Assembly: GCF_001194135.2 (NCBI RefSeq) | Contig: NC_069003.1 | Location: 712,771 to 776,770 of the forward strand | Reading direction: 5' to 3' | From: Octopus bimaculoides | Taxonomy: Eukaryota | DNA length: 64,000 bases | Part shown: piece by piece, positions 13,195 through 24,939 of the stretch | Layout: each line of letters starts with the position of its first letter | Position numbering within the stretch: the first letter of the stretch is position 1 | Translations under genes and position numbers: made by a program | The notes under the pieces: generated by a model | Databases searched by the model: none | What the model saw: only the letters and a program-made list of their open reading frames with translations | Told to the model about the DNA's origin: nothing

Positions 13195-13850
13195 CGGAAA
13201 GTTTCATAAATCCTTTCTATATCCGGCGCAAAAGTTCCATCATCAGAAGAAAGACAGCCTGAAAAATGTATACAGGTTCCGTTAAACCATTCCAATCCTT
13301 CAGCGTTATGTTAGCAGCAACAGTCACTCTTCAAATGTTGGTGCAATCGACTTTCCAAGCGTTGATGTACACGAAACATCCAAATGTTGCTGTAGGCTAC
13401 TCACCATCAGTTGGATGATGTGGCGGCATTATATTATTAATAGTAGTAGTAGTCGTACTCCAAATGTCCGAATGTTGCCAGCTGTTGGTGTAGGCAACAC
13501 TGAGATACTTCGTTGTTGTTTGTTGCAACGTATAGACACGTAGGGGTGGGTGGGTGTATATTATGGTGTTTGGTTCAGTTGTCGTGCTGTTTTCATAGGA
13601 GCCACCTGCTCAGCTCCGATCGACCGTTAATTTTCGGGTTGAGGCGGTGGATCAGTAAAGATTCTCTTATTTGTAGATTGCCAGCGTTCCTCTCGAAGGC
13701 CAGTATGGAGGCATCGATTTCCTTGATGGTGCTGCCACATGTGGTCAGATGTTTGCAGAAGGAAGAAGCGTTGAGAGTGAGATGCTCCTTAATTCGGACG
13801 TATAGTGGTCGTACAGTGCCACCGCATACACACACATCCTTGTTTTATAG
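13195..13850 (-). mobile_element. Penelope-like element 3' remnant (GIY-YIG C-terminal half plus terminal repeat)
   Basis: ORF 13593-13835: GTVRPLYVRIKEH...SFCKHL...ILAFERN...LQIRESLLIHRLNPKINGRSEL, typical of a PLE GIY-YIG endonuclease. A CTGATGA..GAAAC motif lies downstream at 13246-13201. Confidence 0.75.
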
Positions 13851-14159
13851 GTTTGTAAATTTCATGCGCTGAATGAAGAAAACGAAAACTGTTCACAGAA
13901 TCGAAATATCATTTAATGTTTAAAGTAAGGTCTCTTTTACAATTTTGCAATTAAAACTGCATCCTCAGATGTTCACTCATTTTCTATTTCCTTCCATACA
14001 GATGTCGAGATAGAAACGTCCGACTTTCTCTCTTGTGTTCTCTGTCTCTTGACTGTCTGTCTGTCTGTCTCTCCTCCTCTTCCTCTCTCTCTGTGTCTAC
14101 ATACGTAGAGAGAGAAAGAGAGAGAGGGAAAGGGGGGTGAGAGAGAAATTTACGTTCAT

Positions 14160-14510
14160 ACATATATGCATACGTACAATCACAAAAACAAACGTATGCT
14201 TAAGAATGCACAAAAATATATAGATACAATCTACAAACATGCATACAAACATACGTACCTACATATACACGCATGCATACATTCATACATACACACACAT
14301 ACATGTATACATGCAGACATATACAAATATATACATTCATACACACATACATAGACAAACGTACATATATATATATATACATGCATACATACGTACATAT
14401 ACATACATACATACATACATACATACATACACATACATTCATACATATGTGCATGCATACATGCACGCATCATAAACGCATACAGATACACACGAACACA
14501 CACACGCATA

Positions 14511-14580
<70 letters not shown>
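14160..14580. repeat. Degenerate (AC)/(ACAT)/(AT) microsatellite field
   Basis: Seen directly. Confidence 0.85.
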
Positions 14581-14581
<1 letters not shown>

Positions 14582-14699
14582 CGCATACCCCACCACCCAA
14601 ACACACCGCCCTTACCATTCCTGTTCTCCGTCGTCTACTTTTGCAGTCTCAAAGACATTTTAACAGACAAATGAAGCCTGCAAGCGAATTGAACTGTTC

Positions 14700-14880
14700 T
14701 TGTGTAATTTCTCGAGCAAGTTAAAGATTTTGGAATCAATTAATGAATGTCTAATTATGAATGTGAGGAAATTGATTGTAGAAATCTCGAAATTCACTGA
14801 CGACAGAAGACATAAACCGGAAATCCATTGTTACTTGTTCTATGAAACGTTGGATCGTTGTTGGTTTGCTTGTTTCAACT
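14700..14880 (+). mobile_element. Possible second Penelope-like 3' remnant
   Basis: SSKLKILESI resembles the PLE GIY-YIG end, followed by CTGACGA (14797) ... GAAACGTT (14844). Confidence 0.35.
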
Positions 14881-14888
14881 GTTCTCCT

Positions 14889-14920
<32 letters not shown>

Positions 14921-16012
14921 GTGCACTCTCTTACACACTCTCTTACACACTCTCTTACACACACACACACTCTCTCTCTCTCACACTCACCCTCCCTTTG
15001 TCTCCGTCTCTCACTCAGTCTGTACACGCCTGTCTGCGCGTGTGTGTTTGTATATATAAATATATGTGTACATTTAGACGTATATCTACATGTATACGAG
15101 CTTGTGTGCGCGTGTAAATGAATGTCTGCTCTCTCGCTCTTTCACTATTTATATATCTACCAATCTATNNNNNNNNNNNNNNNNNNNNNNNNNNNNNNNN
15201 NNNNNNNNNNNNNNNNNNNNNNNNNNNNNNNNNNNNNNNNNNNNNNNNNNNNNNNNNNNNNNNNNNNNNNNNNNNNNNNNNNNNNNNNNNNNNNNNNNNN
15301 NNNNNNNNNNNNNNNNNNNNNNNNNNNNNNNNNNNNNNNNNNNNNNNNNNNNNNNNNNNNNNNNNNNNNNNNNNNNNNNNNNNNNNNNNNNNNNNNNNNN
15401 NNNNNNNNNNNNNNNNNNNNNNNNNNNNNNNNNNNNNNNNNNNNNNNNNNNNNNNNNNNNNNNNNNNNNNNNNNNNNNNNNNNNNNNNNNNNNNNNNNNN
15501 NNNNNNNNNNNNNNNNNNNNNNNNNNNNNNNNNNNNNNNNNNNNNNNNNNNNNNNNNNNNNNNNNNNNNNNNNNNNNNNNNNNNNNNNNNNNNNNNNNNN
15601 NNNNNNNNNNNNNNNNNNNNNNNNNNNNNNNNNNNNNNNNNNNNNNNNNNNNNNNNNNNNNNNNNNNNNNNNNNNNNNNNNNNNNNNNNNNNNNNNNNNN
15701 NNNNNNNNNNNNNNNNNNNNNNNNNNNNNNNNNNNNNNNNNNNNNNNNNNNNNNNNNNNNNNNNNNNNNNNNNNNNNNNNNNNNNNNNNNNNNNNNNNNN
15801 NNNNNNNNNNNNNNNNNNNNNNNNNNNNNNNNNNNNNNNNNNNNNNNNNNNNNNNNNNNNNNNNNNNNNNNNNNNNNNNNNNNNNNNNNNNNNNNNNNNN
15901 NNNNNNNNNNNNNNNNNNNNNNNNNNNNNNNNNNNNNNNNNNNNNNNNNNNNNNNNNNNNNNNNNNNNNNNNNNNNNNNNNNNNNNNNNNNNNNNNNNNN
16001 NNNNNNNNNNNN

Positions 16013-16044
<32 letters not shown>

Positions 16045-16191
16045 CATAGATATGCTTGTGCGTATACGCGTGTTTGTCTGCGCATAGAGTGTGGAAGAGG
16101 GGGTGATAGAAAAATATATATATGCACAGACAGGTGTGTGCGTGTGCGTGTGTATTGTCTTCCAATTGCATTCTAATTAGAAAAGCCTCAC

Positions 16192-16375
16192 CGTCACAGA
16201 AAGCAGCGTCGTTTTGTCTGCAATCTGCTGTGATGTCAAGCTTAGCTTTTGTGCTGCCGACGCTGGAAGGCCTTGAGGATAATTCCATCTTGAATTCGAA
16301 CAGGTGAGAGATGATGTCAGGAAAGGGCGTCCGCTTGTAGAGAATATCTGCCTCAATGTATTTGGTCTCGTTCAT
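16192..16375 (-). CDS. Candidate coding exon of unknown product ([61 protein letters not shown])
   Basis: Complex-sequence island between microsatellites, open frame from an ATG, about 35 of 60 codons ending in G/C by hand count, donor-like G|GTGAGG at 16191. No family recognised. A competing plus-strand exon model exists (see findings). Confidence 0.3.
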
Positions 16376-16424
16376 AGAGACATGGAACAGTGATCGTTAG
16401 ACGATGATGATTATGAAGTTGCTG

Positions 16425-16527
<103 letters not shown>

Positions 16528-17129
16528 CATACATACATACACATATATATACATAAATATATAAGCACACACACACATATATATATATAGTATAGATACA
16601 TAAATCAAAGCCAGTGGTTTGATTTGCTCAACATAGCAGCCAATCTAACGTCTTAGAAAGAAAGAACGAACGAAAGAAGAAGGAGAGAGAGAGAGATAGA
16701 GAGAGATAAAGAGAGAGATAGAGAGGGAGAAAGAGAGAGAGAGAGAAAGAGAAGAAAGAGAGAAAGAGAAATGGTATTTACATTATTTGAGAATATTTTC
16801 TCAAATGCCTCATCTTGAAATAAGGCCGGGTTTACCATATGTGGAATTGGGGATGATCTATAGGAAATTAATATTACCACCATCTCTCTACATTATTTGC
16901 AAACAGTGTGCAGAGGCAAGTGCTAACAACTGAAAGCTCCGCACACCGTACACCAGTGAGCTTATGGGGTCACCAGGAGAACTGCGCTCCGTTTCGAAGC
17001 CTTCCTATCGAAGGCCTTGCTGCGTACCGGCACCCGTCATGGAGGTGACTCCCCGCTTCCCGGATTAAATGGTTATTAGACTTCACTCAGTATTCTTCTA
17101 CTTATGGCTCATCGTCTGTTTTAGCCAAA

Positions 17130-17520
17130 TCCAGTGGTTGACCTTTCCCACTCTAGCCAGGATACCACTCACAATGATGTTTGCTTTAGGATAAGTTAGG
17201 CCAGAGCGACAACGCCCAATTGCCTCACACTGTTTCCAATGAGTCTTCAACATCCAAATTCGATGGGAAGACTGTCTGATCATCACAGCGACCGTGTCAC
17301 CCTTAAATTAGATTCTACTGTCTTACAAAGAAAAAAGATCGGCATACTTCGGTTCTTACTACAAGTTTCACCTTCTGCTCTGGGAGCAAGCCCCTACTCT
17401 GTGTTTGGTGACCATGGAGATGTGATACTGAAAGCCAGACCATGTTTATTAACCACGCCCAGTTTTCATAAAATTTACATGGCAGTAAGCTCCACCCACA
17501 ACTTCTACTGCACACGATAC
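17130..17520 (-). mobile_element. Possible highly decayed non-LTR retrotransposon APE endonuclease fragment
   Basis: NIIVSGILARVGK resembles the APE motif IIxGDFNARVG, with an upstream TWSG...KHRVG segment; many stops. Confidence 0.3.
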
Positions 17521-18000
17521 ATGAACGAGTGTCTGATGTTTTTGTTAAAGACGAAATGCAAAATCTGTACTTTGGCTAGCGTTCAACTTAATAATATGGT
17601 GGCGCTTTAGCCAGGGGGCGGAGGATGGTTACCTGCCTTTCTTTGTGAAAGGGATACGTAAGAGGGTGGGATAGTGATTGGCGAGAATGGAGTGAAGAAG
17701 ACAGAAGCAGGTTGGGGGAGGGGAGAAAGAAGTAGACAGATGTAGAGAGAGAATGTGAAAGTGTAGGGGAAACATGTATATTTATATGCAGAGAAAAAGA
17801 GAGCGAGAGAGAGAGGGAGAGAGAGGGAGAGAGAGATATACAGACGGGCAGAGTAAACTATAGAGAGAGACCAAGATGCTAAAAGAAAATTAAAATGAAA
17901 TTAATCATATTCTTTTCAATTATCGAGAAAAAATTCTTTGCTCCGTTAATGACTTAATCAATATCGAATTTGATCTGTGTTCTCCTGGAACGATATAAAC

Positions 18001-18360
18001 GACTGAGTACTCCTAGACAGAGCCAGTCGTTTGGATTCGCCTAGATAGATATGGACAGTGAAACAATCCTGGACCATGATAGATGCTCATGTCATCCTAG
18101 AGAAGAATAGACTTTTGAGTACTCCTCGATAGACGTAGACGCTCGAGTACTTGTGGACAGAGTAGACGCAAGGGTATTTCTGGTAAGAACCATAGACTGA
18201 GTACTCGGAAAGGGAGGAATACTTGAAGACTCAAGAATTGAGACGGACGGTTGAGTATTTCTTGACAAAAGAGTTAAAGAATTTACTTCGAGGTAGAAAC
18301 AGACAACTGAATAGTCTTGGACAAGAGACGACGCTTAAGTATTATGAAGACAATAGAAAG
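18001..18360. repeat. Cryptic, highly diverged ~28-bp minisatellite with GAGTACT core
   Basis: Core or variants at 18005, 18117, 18145, 18172, 18199, 18253, 18281, 18309 and 18337, spaced 112, 28, 27, 27, 54, 28, 28, 28. Confidence 0.7.
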
Positions 18361-18499
18361 AATCAACAGAGAGCGGGGAGAGAGGGGGGAGGGGGAGAGA
18401 GAGTCTATGTGGTCGAAGGATATGCTAGAAAAAATAGCTAGATTTCCCTCGTAATGCAGTTTACAGTCTTGTATATAAAGACAACGCGATTCTACAATA

Positions 18500-18800
18500 A
18501 CAACAACCAACAGAAACAACAACTGTAAAAATATCAGTAACAAAGATTATAAAAAAACAACAACAAAAGCACAACAACAATAACAACGACGACGACAACA
18601 ACAATGGTAACAACAAACCACAGGAATAACAAGTGCAAAACACTGCAACTACAATAACAACAGCAACAAGAACAGATAAAGCAACAACAATAGACTAAAT
18701 GAAGAAATATCTGTTTTGAAAGAAGAGAAAAAGAAGAAAAGAAACGGAAAAGAAGAAGAAGAAAAGAATGGTAAATAAAGAAGAAGAAAAGAAGATGAAG
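18500..18800. repeat. (ACA)n/(GAA)n low-complexity tract
   Basis: Seen directly. Confidence 0.8.
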
Positions 18801-19487
18801 AAATGTGGAAAAGGTCAGGTTTTTTTGCGTAATGTGGTCCGAGACGGAATTTGTGTGACGGGAAGTTCACAGCTGGAAAAGAAAGCGTTTGATGTTAGGT
18901 CTTGGTGAATTCGGGATGACCTGAGAAGAAGAAGAACAACAACAAGAACAGTAGCTGCAGCAGCAGGAACAATAATACCGCCGCCGCCGCCAACAACAAC
19001 AGCAACAACAACAACAGTAGAAAAATGAATAAGGAGAAGGTTGCATTCAGATCTATCCATTTATTAGTTAACCTTTTATTGTTTCTAACCTGGCAGGTGG
19101 TGGTGGGGGGTGGTGGTGGAGGTGATGACGATGACGATGATAATGCTGCTGATGTTGGTGACGAAGATGATAGTGATGACGGTGGTGGATACTGTTGTTG
19201 ATATTCCTGATGATGATGATGATGATGATGATGACGTCATCGATCTTGAAATATACTCTGGTACACATAACTTTCTCTAACCGAGATTGCCCGCCATTGT
19301 TATTCCCTCCCTCACCCCACTCCCTACCGTTGACCATTGACCTCCAAAACGACCAAAGAGATTGAACCTCAACACATTAACTTCAAGAAACGAATTCCTC
19401 TCCCTCATTCGCTGGCAATTTCACGAAGAAGCATATCTACAGCAACAACAACAACAGCTGTTGAGATTCTGAGATAAACTCGGAATC

Positions 19488-19828
19488 CTCTATTTCTTAG
19501 ACGGTGGCCATACTGGGGCATCGCTTTAAGCGGTCCAGTCACCCAAATAGGCGCCAGGATTCATTCATTCTCTTTTGTTGAATCGCTACGTTACTGGAAC
19601 GTAAACAAAACAACACTGGTCGTCAAACAAAGTAACGCTCACGCACGCACACATACATGTATATATAAATACACGAAAGGATTCCTTTTAGTTTCCATCT
19701 ACTAAATCCACTCCGAAAGAATTCGTTGGTGTGGGGCTGTATAAGGAAGCACTTAGTTGCCATACTATGAGACTGAACCCGAAACATTGCAATTACAGAG
19801 AGGACCTCTTCACCACACAGCCATGTCC
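19488..19828 (-). mobile_element. SINE family C, degenerate full length
   Basis: ggccatactggggcatcgc tail, internal AC/AT tract, ttttagtttccatctactaaatccactc body, gagactgaaccc B box and accacacagcc head. Confidence 0.65.
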
Positions 19829-20529
19829 GAAGTAGCAGCTAAATATCCCTCACTCACGTCACATCGTCTTTTAACATTATGTCTGTATAAAAAACAAGAT
19901 GGCCACCGCTCTGACGAGGTTTGAACTTCGACAAATGTTGGCAATATATTCCTCCATCACACCTTGTCACTTAAAGTGTACGCAAGAAGACATTGGATAA
20001 TGTGGTCCTAGATACACGATGCCTAAAACAACAACAGCCACCACGATCTGATGGTTTTCACCCTCAACGCATTCAAGCTTCTCTCAATCACCCGCCTTGG
20101 ATTCTGTATTGTTGATCGAGATATCAGTGATGGTCATGGCGGGAATGCCTTTAGTTACGGGTTTTACGCTGTCGGTATTGATAAGGAATGGAGTTTAAAA
20201 AAAAAGAATCCAACAACCTTTGATCCGAAGTCAGGAGTTCGATCCAAGCTGAACTCAGGGCGATATAATTACAAAATCAGTAACGGCGGCGGCAGCGACA
20301 CCTCCGTCATCTCCAACAACATCAACAGCGCTAATACCATCAGCAACAAAAACAATAATTGAAAGAAGAAGGCAAAAGGAAAAAGCAACATGAACAAACA
20401 ACGAGAATTATATTGGCGTAATGCAATATCGGATTTTGTTGGTATTGAGTAAGAAAAGACTGGTGGTTCATGTGTGATCAATGCTGTTGGACGATCTACA
20501 GGGAAATAGAACGTTGCAACTGGAAGGGG

Positions 20530-20815
20530 AGAAGAAAGAAGAAAGAAAGGAGGAGAAGAAGGAAGAAGACAGAGAAGAAGAAGAAAAAGAAAACGGAGAA
20601 AGAGAAAGTAGAAGACGAAGACGGAGAAGAAGAAGGAGACGGCGAAGAAGGAAGAAGAAAGAATAGAAGAAAAGAAGACGGAGGAGAAGAAAAAGACGGA
20701 GAAGAAAGAAGAAAGTAGAAGAAGACGAAAAAAACGGAGAAGTCGGAGAAAGAAAAACAAGTAGAGGGAAAATAATAATAATAATAATATGATGATGATG
20801 ATGATGATGATGATA
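20530..20815. repeat. (GAA/GGA)n purine tract followed by (AAT)/(GAT)
   Basis: Seen directly. Confidence 0.85.
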
Positions 20816-21193
20816 AAGTCGATCTAAAGCTCAGCAGTTGTAGAGAAAGTTTCCGTGTAGCAACGAATGTAAATAGTGTTTCTAAGTGTTTCGGCGTTTA
20901 CACAATCTCTGAAATCTCAAGTGAAGTGGGGCTTCTTTGCTTATTTATTCGTCGCTTCGTCCGTTCCTTCGCTCACTCTCTCCCCCCACCCCACTCTCTC
21001 ACTCTCTCTTTATCACTTTTTGCTCTCTCATATCTCTCATATATGTGCATTTGTGCAACTATTCGCGTGTCTATATTTGCATGTGTTTCTGAATATTTGT
21101 ATGCATATATGAATGTGCGAGCGTGTGTGTGCACACACACTCACTCACACACATGTGCATACATCCACACGCACATATATGCATACCTCTGTG

Positions 21194-21233
<40 letters not shown>

Positions 21234-22597
21234 NNNNNNNNNNNNNNNNNNNNNNNNNNNNNNNNNNNNNNNNNNNNNNNNNNNNNNNNNNNNNNNNNNN
21301 NNNNNNNNNNNNNNNNNNNNNNNNNNNNNNNNNNNNNNNNNNNNNNNNNNNNNNNNNNNNNNNNNNNNNNNNNNNNNNNNNNNNNNNNNNNNNNNNNNNN
21401 NNNNNNNNNNNNNNNNNNNNNNNNNNNNNNNNNNNNNNNNNNNNNNNNNNNNNNNNNNNNNNNNNNNNNNNNNNNNNNNNNNNNNNNNNNNNNNNNNNNN
21501 NNNNNNNNNNNNNNNNNNNNNNNNNNNNNNNNNNNNNNNNNNNNNNNNNNNNNNNNNNNNNNNNNNNNNNNNNNNNNNNNNNNNNNNNNNNNNNNNNNNN
21601 NNNNNNNNNNNNNNNNNNNNNNNNNNNNNNNNNNNNNNNNNNNNNNNNNNNNNNNNNNNNNNNNNNNNNNNNNNNNNNNNNNNNNNNNNNNNNNNNNNNN
21701 NNNNNNNNNNNNNNNNNNNNNNNNNNNNNNNNNNNNNNNNNNNNNNNNNNNNNNNNNNNNNNNNNNNNNNNNNNNNNNNNNNNNNNNNNNNNNNNNNNNN
21801 NNNNNNNNNNNNNNNNNNNNNNNNNNNNNNNNNNNNNNNNNNNNNNNNNNNNNNNNNNNNNNNNNNNNNNNNNNNNNNNNNNNNNNNNNNNNNNNNNNNN
21901 NNNNNNNNNNNNNNNNNNNNNNNNNNNNNNNNNNNNNNNNNNNNNNNNNNNNNNNNNNNNNNNNNNNNNNNNNNNNNNNNNAAAAATTTAATTGATTAAA
22001 ACTGTCCAACAATTTTCTTTTCGTTTCATCCGATTCTTATCTAGATTCATTTAACCAGTAGCCAATGAAAAACCTCGTTGTGTTTGAATGTAGGCCGGTG
22101 CAACTGCTGGCTTCCGATATTTCATTGGCAGAAACCGGATTAGTTCCAGCTCTAAAATCTATGATTGTTTGGTTGCTGGGACATTTCAGACTTTCCTTAA
22201 CTGTTCCCTATTGGTTGTACAGGCGATGGTCGTAGTTCGAAGTTAGCTGGCTTCTAGCTGTCTATTTATAGAAGAGTTTGTGTTATATAGTCTACGGTTG
22301 ACTCGGACCAAACATGAGCCCACGTTCGTCTGTGAGTGTGTATATGAATATGCTACACCCACTCATACATAGGCACGCACACATACACACACACGCATAC
22401 TCATCTGTGTATGTATGTATGTATGTATGTATGTATGTATGTATGTATGGATGTATGTATCCATCCCTGCGGTTGTATAATTTCAGACTGTTCAAGATTA
22501 GATGGTGTCTATCTGCCAATCTCTCTCTCTCTCTCTCTCTCTCTCCATCCATCCATATATCTATATGTGTCTACCTCTCTCTCTCCCTTTCTCTCTC

Positions 22598-23313
22598 TGT
22601 CTGTCTGCCTCTGTGTCTGTGTCTGTCTGCCTCTGTGTCTGTGTCTGTCTGCCTCTGTGTCTGTGTCTGTCTGCCTCTGTGTCTGTGTCTGTCTGCCTNN
22701 NNNNNNNNNNNNNNNNNNNNNNNNNNNNNNNNNNNNNNNNNNNNNNNNNNNNNNNNNNNNNNNNNNNNNNNNNNNNNNNNNNNNNNNNNNNNNNNNNNNN
22801 NNNNNNNNNNNNNNNNNNNNNNNNNNNNNNNNNNNNNNNNNNNNNNNNNNNNNNNNNNNNNNNNNNNNNNNNNNNNNNNNNNNNNNNNNNNNNNNNNNNN
22901 NNNNNNNNNNNNNNNNNNNNNNNNNNNNNNNNNNNNNNNNNNNNNNNNNNNNNNNNNNNNNNNNNNNNNNNNNNNNNNNNNNNNNNNNNNNNNNNNNNNN
23001 NNNNNNNNNNNNNNNNNNNNNNNNNNNNNNNNNNNNNNNNNNNNNNNNNNNNNNNNNNNNNNNNNNNNNNNNNNNNNNNNNNNNNNNNNNNNNNNNNNNN
23101 NNNNNNNNNNNNNNNNNNNNNNNNNNNNNNNNNNNNNNNNNNNNNNNNNNNNNNNNNNNNNNNNNNNNNNNNNNNNNNNNNNNNNNNNNNNNTGTGTCTG
23201 TCTGTCTGTGTCTGTCTGTCTGTGTCTGTCTGTCTGTGTCTGTCTGTCTGTGTCTGTCTGTCTGTGTCTGTCTGTCTGTGTCTGTCTGTGTCTGTCTGTC
23301 TGTGTCTGTCTGT
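22598..23313. repeat. TGTC-derived minisatellite spanning a gap (22-bp unit left, 14-bp unit right)
   Basis: GTCTGTCTGCCTCTGTGTCTGT repeats left of the gap; TGTGTCTGTCTGTC repeats right of it. Confidence 0.85.
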
Positions 23314-23589
23314 CCCTCCCTCTCTTTCTTTCTCTCTCTCTATGTCTGTGCGTTGTGGATGTGTGTGTTTATGTTAGTCTAGGAGAGACTGCATTCAAAG
23401 CACCCCCCTCTCTACGAATGTCAACCCTATCACCCGCACCCTTTATTCCTCAACACCCCTCTTTGCCGTTTACCCCGTGTATCCACCCGACTCACACAAC
23501 CAAGTTACATCTGTCAGCACCCGTTCACTGTTGCACATAAACATTTAGCATATTTAAATGTCATGTGGTGTATTTATTGGGGGTGGGTG

Positions 23590-24480
23590 AGTTAGGGGTG
23601 GATGTTGTGTTGTGGTGGTAGTAGTGGTGGTGGTCGTGATGCTGGTGGTGGGGATGGTGGTGTTGGTGGTGATGGTTGTAACGGCGGTGATTGTGGTGGA
23701 GGTTGTAGAAGTGGTGGTGGTGGTGGTGGTGGCGGCGGCGTGGTAGTGGTGGTTACAGCGGAGGTTGTTGTGGTGGTTGTGATGGTGGTGGTTGTAGAAG
23801 TGGTATATGTGCTTGTTGTAGTGGTTGTTGTTGTTGTAATGATGATTGTGGTGATGGCGTTTGTTGCAGTGTTTGCTGTGGTATGTGGTGGTGGTGATGG
23901 TGCGTGGTGGAGGCTGTCGTCCTTAAGGTGGTGATGGTGATGTTGGTAGAAGTAGTCATAGTTACAGCTGTGGCTGTAGTACAAACATATCCGGTTGTTA
24001 TGTTTATGCCATCAGTGCTAGTAGCAGTAATAGTAGTAGTAGTGGCAGTAGTAGTAGTGATAGTAGTGGCAGTGGTAGTAGCTGCAGTGGTAGTAGTGGC
24101 AGTGGTAGTAGCTGCAGTGGTAGTAGCTGCAGTAGTAGTTGTGTCGGTGGTTATAATGGAACAGTGACTGTGGGAAAGGTGATGGAGCGGGGTTTGTGTT
24201 ACTGTGTCCGCGGTGGTGGTCATGTGTGATGATCGGAGGTGGTGGTGTGGGTGTTTGATGGTATTGAGATCAGCGCAGCCGTGGGGTATAGCTTTGAGGG
24301 AGCAGCGAGTCCTGTAGTTGTTGTGGTATTACGAGTGGTGTTTGTCTTATGGTAGTCCTGTGGCGCTGTGTGGCGGCCGTGGTGGTGGTGTTGTAGTGGT
24401 GTTGTAGTGTTAATATGGTGTGAGGTTGTGCTTAATGTTGCAGTGAGGTGTTGTATGTTGTATGTAGTGGTGTTGGAGAT
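23590..24480. repeat. (GGT/GTA/GTT)-rich degenerate trinucleotide field
   Basis: Seen directly; explains the Thr-, Val- and Gly-rich ORFs. Confidence 0.85.
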
Positions 24481-24488
24481 CACGGGTT

Positions 24489-24780
24489 CTCCGTCGGTTA
24501 CGACGACGAGGGTTCCACTTGATTCGATGAACGAAACAGCTTGCTCTTGAAATCAACGTGCAAATGGCTGAGTACTCCACAGACAATGTAGTTCTCAGAG
24601 AGATTCAATGTGACAAGGCTGGTCTGTTAGAATTACAGGTACAACTCATTTTTGCCAGCTCAATGAACTGGATCAAATGTGAAATGAAGTGTCTTGCTGA
24701 AGGACACAACACGCCGTCGAGAATCGAACTCCTGGCTTTACGATCGAGAGCTGAACGGCCTAACCACTGAGCCACAGAGG
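24489..24780 (-). mobile_element. SINE family B, full length
   Basis: Minus-strand A box GGCTCAGTGG, B box GAGTTCGATTC, CORE-like GTGTTGTGTCCTTCAGCAAGACACTT, and the tail shared with the 8321 and 45967 copies. Confidence 0.85.
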
Positions 24781-24781
24781 C

Positions 24782-24939
24782 TTAGGGGATAGGGTTAGGG
24801 GATAGGGTTAGGGGATAGGGTTAGGGTTAGGGGATAGGGTTAGGGTTAGGGGATAGGGATAGAGTTAGGGGATAGTGGATAGGGTTAGGGTTAGGGGATA
24901 GGGTTAGGGTTCGGGGATAGGGTTAGGGTTAGGGGATAG
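24782..24939 (+). repeat. Interstitial telomere-like array (TTAGGG interleaved with GATAGGG)
   Basis: 13 exact TTAGGG, 1 TTCGGG and 8 exact GATAGGG units by hand count. Confidence 0.9.

Noticed and set aside
20051-20362. 103-aa ORF
   Set aside because: No recognisable domain; it overlaps what looks like a decayed interspersed-repeat tail and ends in an AAC-rich tract.
23592-24483. Thr-rich mucin-like and Gly/Val-rich ORFs
   Set aside because: Several frames on both strands are open because the DNA is a GGT/GTA trinucleotide field; no signal peptide or exon boundaries.
24720-24780. tRNA genes at SINE heads (also 46205-46277 and 61220-61280)
   Set aside because: A and B boxes are present, but there is no complete cloverleaf and each continues into a SINE body.
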